Origin: Selaginella moellendorffii
Lineage: Eukaryota; Plantae; Lycopodiophyta
Assembly: GCF_000143415.4 (NCBI RefSeq)
Contig: NW_003314273.1
Coordinates: 816,074 to 880,073 of the forward strand
Direction: 5' to 3'
Length of the DNA stretch: 64,000 bases
The translations under genes and the position numbers were made by a program. The notes beneath the pieces are model-generated. The model was given only the letters and a program-made list of their open reading frames with translations, was not told where the DNA came from and did not search any database. Of the stretch, positions 62,465-64,000 are shown one piece after another; position 1 is the stretch's first letter; every line of letters begins with the position of its first letter.

Positions 62465-64000
62465 ATGGCAGTCCCTGACGAATCCAGCCTCGCCGGCTGC
62501 GTCGCCCTCATCAAATCCTGCCGGAATCTTGCCGACGCCGAGCGAGCGCACGCCCGGATCCTCGCCAGCCCATTCCTGAGCAGCGATCGCCGCTTCCTCT
62601 CCAATCTCCTCATCGAGATGTTTGGGAAATGCGGCGCCACGGCCCAGGCCAGGCGTGTCTTCCGCGGCATTTGCTCCAAGAACACCTTCTCTTGGGCGAT
62701 GATGCTCTCGGCACACGCCCAAAATGGCGAGGTCTCGGCGGCGAGGCAGATCTTTGAGGCAATGCCGTGGTGGAATCTGGTGTCGTGGACTGCCATGCTT
62801 ACTGCCTATACCCAATTCGGGCATCTAGACCGAGCTAAGAAGCTCTTTGATTCGATGAGCGAGCGTGATGTTGTCGCTTACACAGCAATGATCTGCGCTT
62901 TTCTTGCCGATGAGAGAATTACCGACGCGGAGCAACTCTACGAAGCAATGCCAGAGAGGAATCTGGTAGTTTGGACTGCAATGATAACAGCATATGCCCG
63001 GCTTGGGTATCTTTTTAGAGCGGAAAAGATATTCAACCAAATGCCCGAGCGGGACGTTATCGCTTGGAATGCCATGGTCGCTGCGTATGCACGGGAGAGA
63101 TCGCTCGGTCGGGCGTTAGAAATCTTCCAAACCATGCCTGAGAGAGATTCCGTGTCGTGGAACGCGCTCTTATCAGCATATGCCGTTCAAGGGCATCTAG
63201 AAGCCGCTAAGGAAACGTTCGATGATATGCCAGAGAGGGACATTGTCTCGTGGAGCTGTATGCTCTCGGCTTATACCTTGAATGGGCATCTTGAGAAAGC
63301 TAGCGAGCTTTTTCACAGGTCTCCAGAGTGGAGCGTCGTTTCGTGGGCTTGTATGCTCGACGCTTTCTCGCAAAAGGGTCTCCTGGAAGACGCGAAGTCG
63401 GTGTTTGATGTTATGCCCGAGTGGAATCTCGTGGCTTTTAACACGCTGTTGGACGCTTACGCTCAACATGGCGATCTTCAGAAAGCCAAGAACACGTTTG
63501 ATTCTTTCCCGGAGAGAGATGATATCTCCTGGACTGCTTTGCTCAATGCTTATGCTCACCATGGCCATCTCTGGAAAGCCAAGGACTTGTTAGAAGTGAT
63601 ACCACAAAAGTACGAAGCTCCGCCGTGGAACGCAATTTTAGCTTCGTTGGCTCGAAATGGTCACTTCGATGCGGCGCTGGAGCATCTTCACGAGATGGAA
63701 CTCGAAGGAATTCCAGCCGACGAAGCGTCCTTCGCTTGCATCATTCTCGGTTGCAGCCACAAGGGAGATCTCCACGATGGCTGGTCAAAAGTCCGGTCCC
63801 TCATCCTCGATCATAGTGTCCGGCTCACCAAGCAGCTATACTGCTCCATCACTGACCTGTTGAGCAGGGCTGGATACTTGCGAGAAGCCGAGGAGATTTT
63901 GTCTGGTATGCCTTTCACCCCGGACGTTGTCGACTGGAGATGTCTTCTTGGTGCGTGTAAACGCCAAGAAGATACTCAAAGTGGAGCACAGGCTGCAAGG
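62465..64000 (+). CDS. PLS-class PPR protein (many 31-aa S/SS-type repeats, start of E domain), truncated by window end
   Basis: Open frame from ATG 62465; repeated MPERDVVSW-type units; LLSRAGYLREAEEILSGMPFTPDVVDWRCLLGAC. Absent from the ORF track, presumably because it has no stop in the window. Confidence 0.92.
   Translation, partial: MAVPDESSLAGCVALIKSCRNLADAERAHARILASPFLSSDRRFLSNLLIEMFGKCGATAQARRVFRGICSKNTFSWAMMLSAHAQNGEVSAARQIFEAMPWWNLVSWTAMLTAYTQFGHLDRAKKLFDSMSERDVVAYTAMICAFLADERITDAEQLYEAMPERNLVVWTAMITAYARLGYLFRAEKIFNQMPERDVIAWNAMVAAYARERSLGRALEIFQTMPERDSVSWNALLSAYAVQGHLEAAKETFDDMPERDIVSWSCMLSAYTLNGHLEKASELFHRSPEWSVVSWACMLDAFSQKGLLEDAKSVFDVMPEWNLVAFNTLLDAYAQHGDLQKAKNTFDSFPERDDISWTALLNAYAHHGHLWKAKDLLEVIPQKYEAPPWNAILASLARNGHFDAALEHLHEMELEGIPADEASFACIILGCSHKGDLHDGWSKVRSLILDHSVRLTKQLYCSITDLLSRAGYLREAEEILSGMPFTPDVVDWRCLLGACKRQEDTQSGAQAAR

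Overview
Gene-dense plant nuclear DNA with ~50-60 nt introns and an SS-rich PLS-class PPR gene. The source is most likely a lycophyte such as Selaginella (inference, not verified). The left arm (1-28.6 kb) holds a Crinkler/RHS-type NTPase-REase gene with an inserted SAP motif plus a decayed paralogue, an inverted repeat, stromal processing peptidase, a CLE peptide gene, a head-to-head pair of putative plastid proteins, an Ole e 1/extensin chimera, an RMR RING protein, a TyrRS-like protein with degenerate catalytic motifs, patellin and LPAT. The middle (28.7-55.2 kb) is a nested Ty3/gypsy island: an old truncated element A; chromovirus B1, which contains an antisense copy B2 of the same family; and non-coding LARD-like element C inserted in B2 gag. 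A reciprocally decayed ~0.6-0.8 kb duplication brackets the island. The right arm holds a conserved unknown plant gene, FLIP (C1orf112/FIRRM family), RH57/DDX52 helicase and a PPR gene running off the end. The top observation is that the family-B integrase is interrupted by two short GT-AG intron-like inserts (47 nt inside HPQT/DGQTER, 52 nt inside KLTQR/FAGPY). Each carries an immediate in-frame stop, and exact removal restores the canonical motif. This suggests an intron-containing LTR retrotransposon that needs splicing to make integrase but propagates unspliced RNA. All calls are by eye, without database searches.
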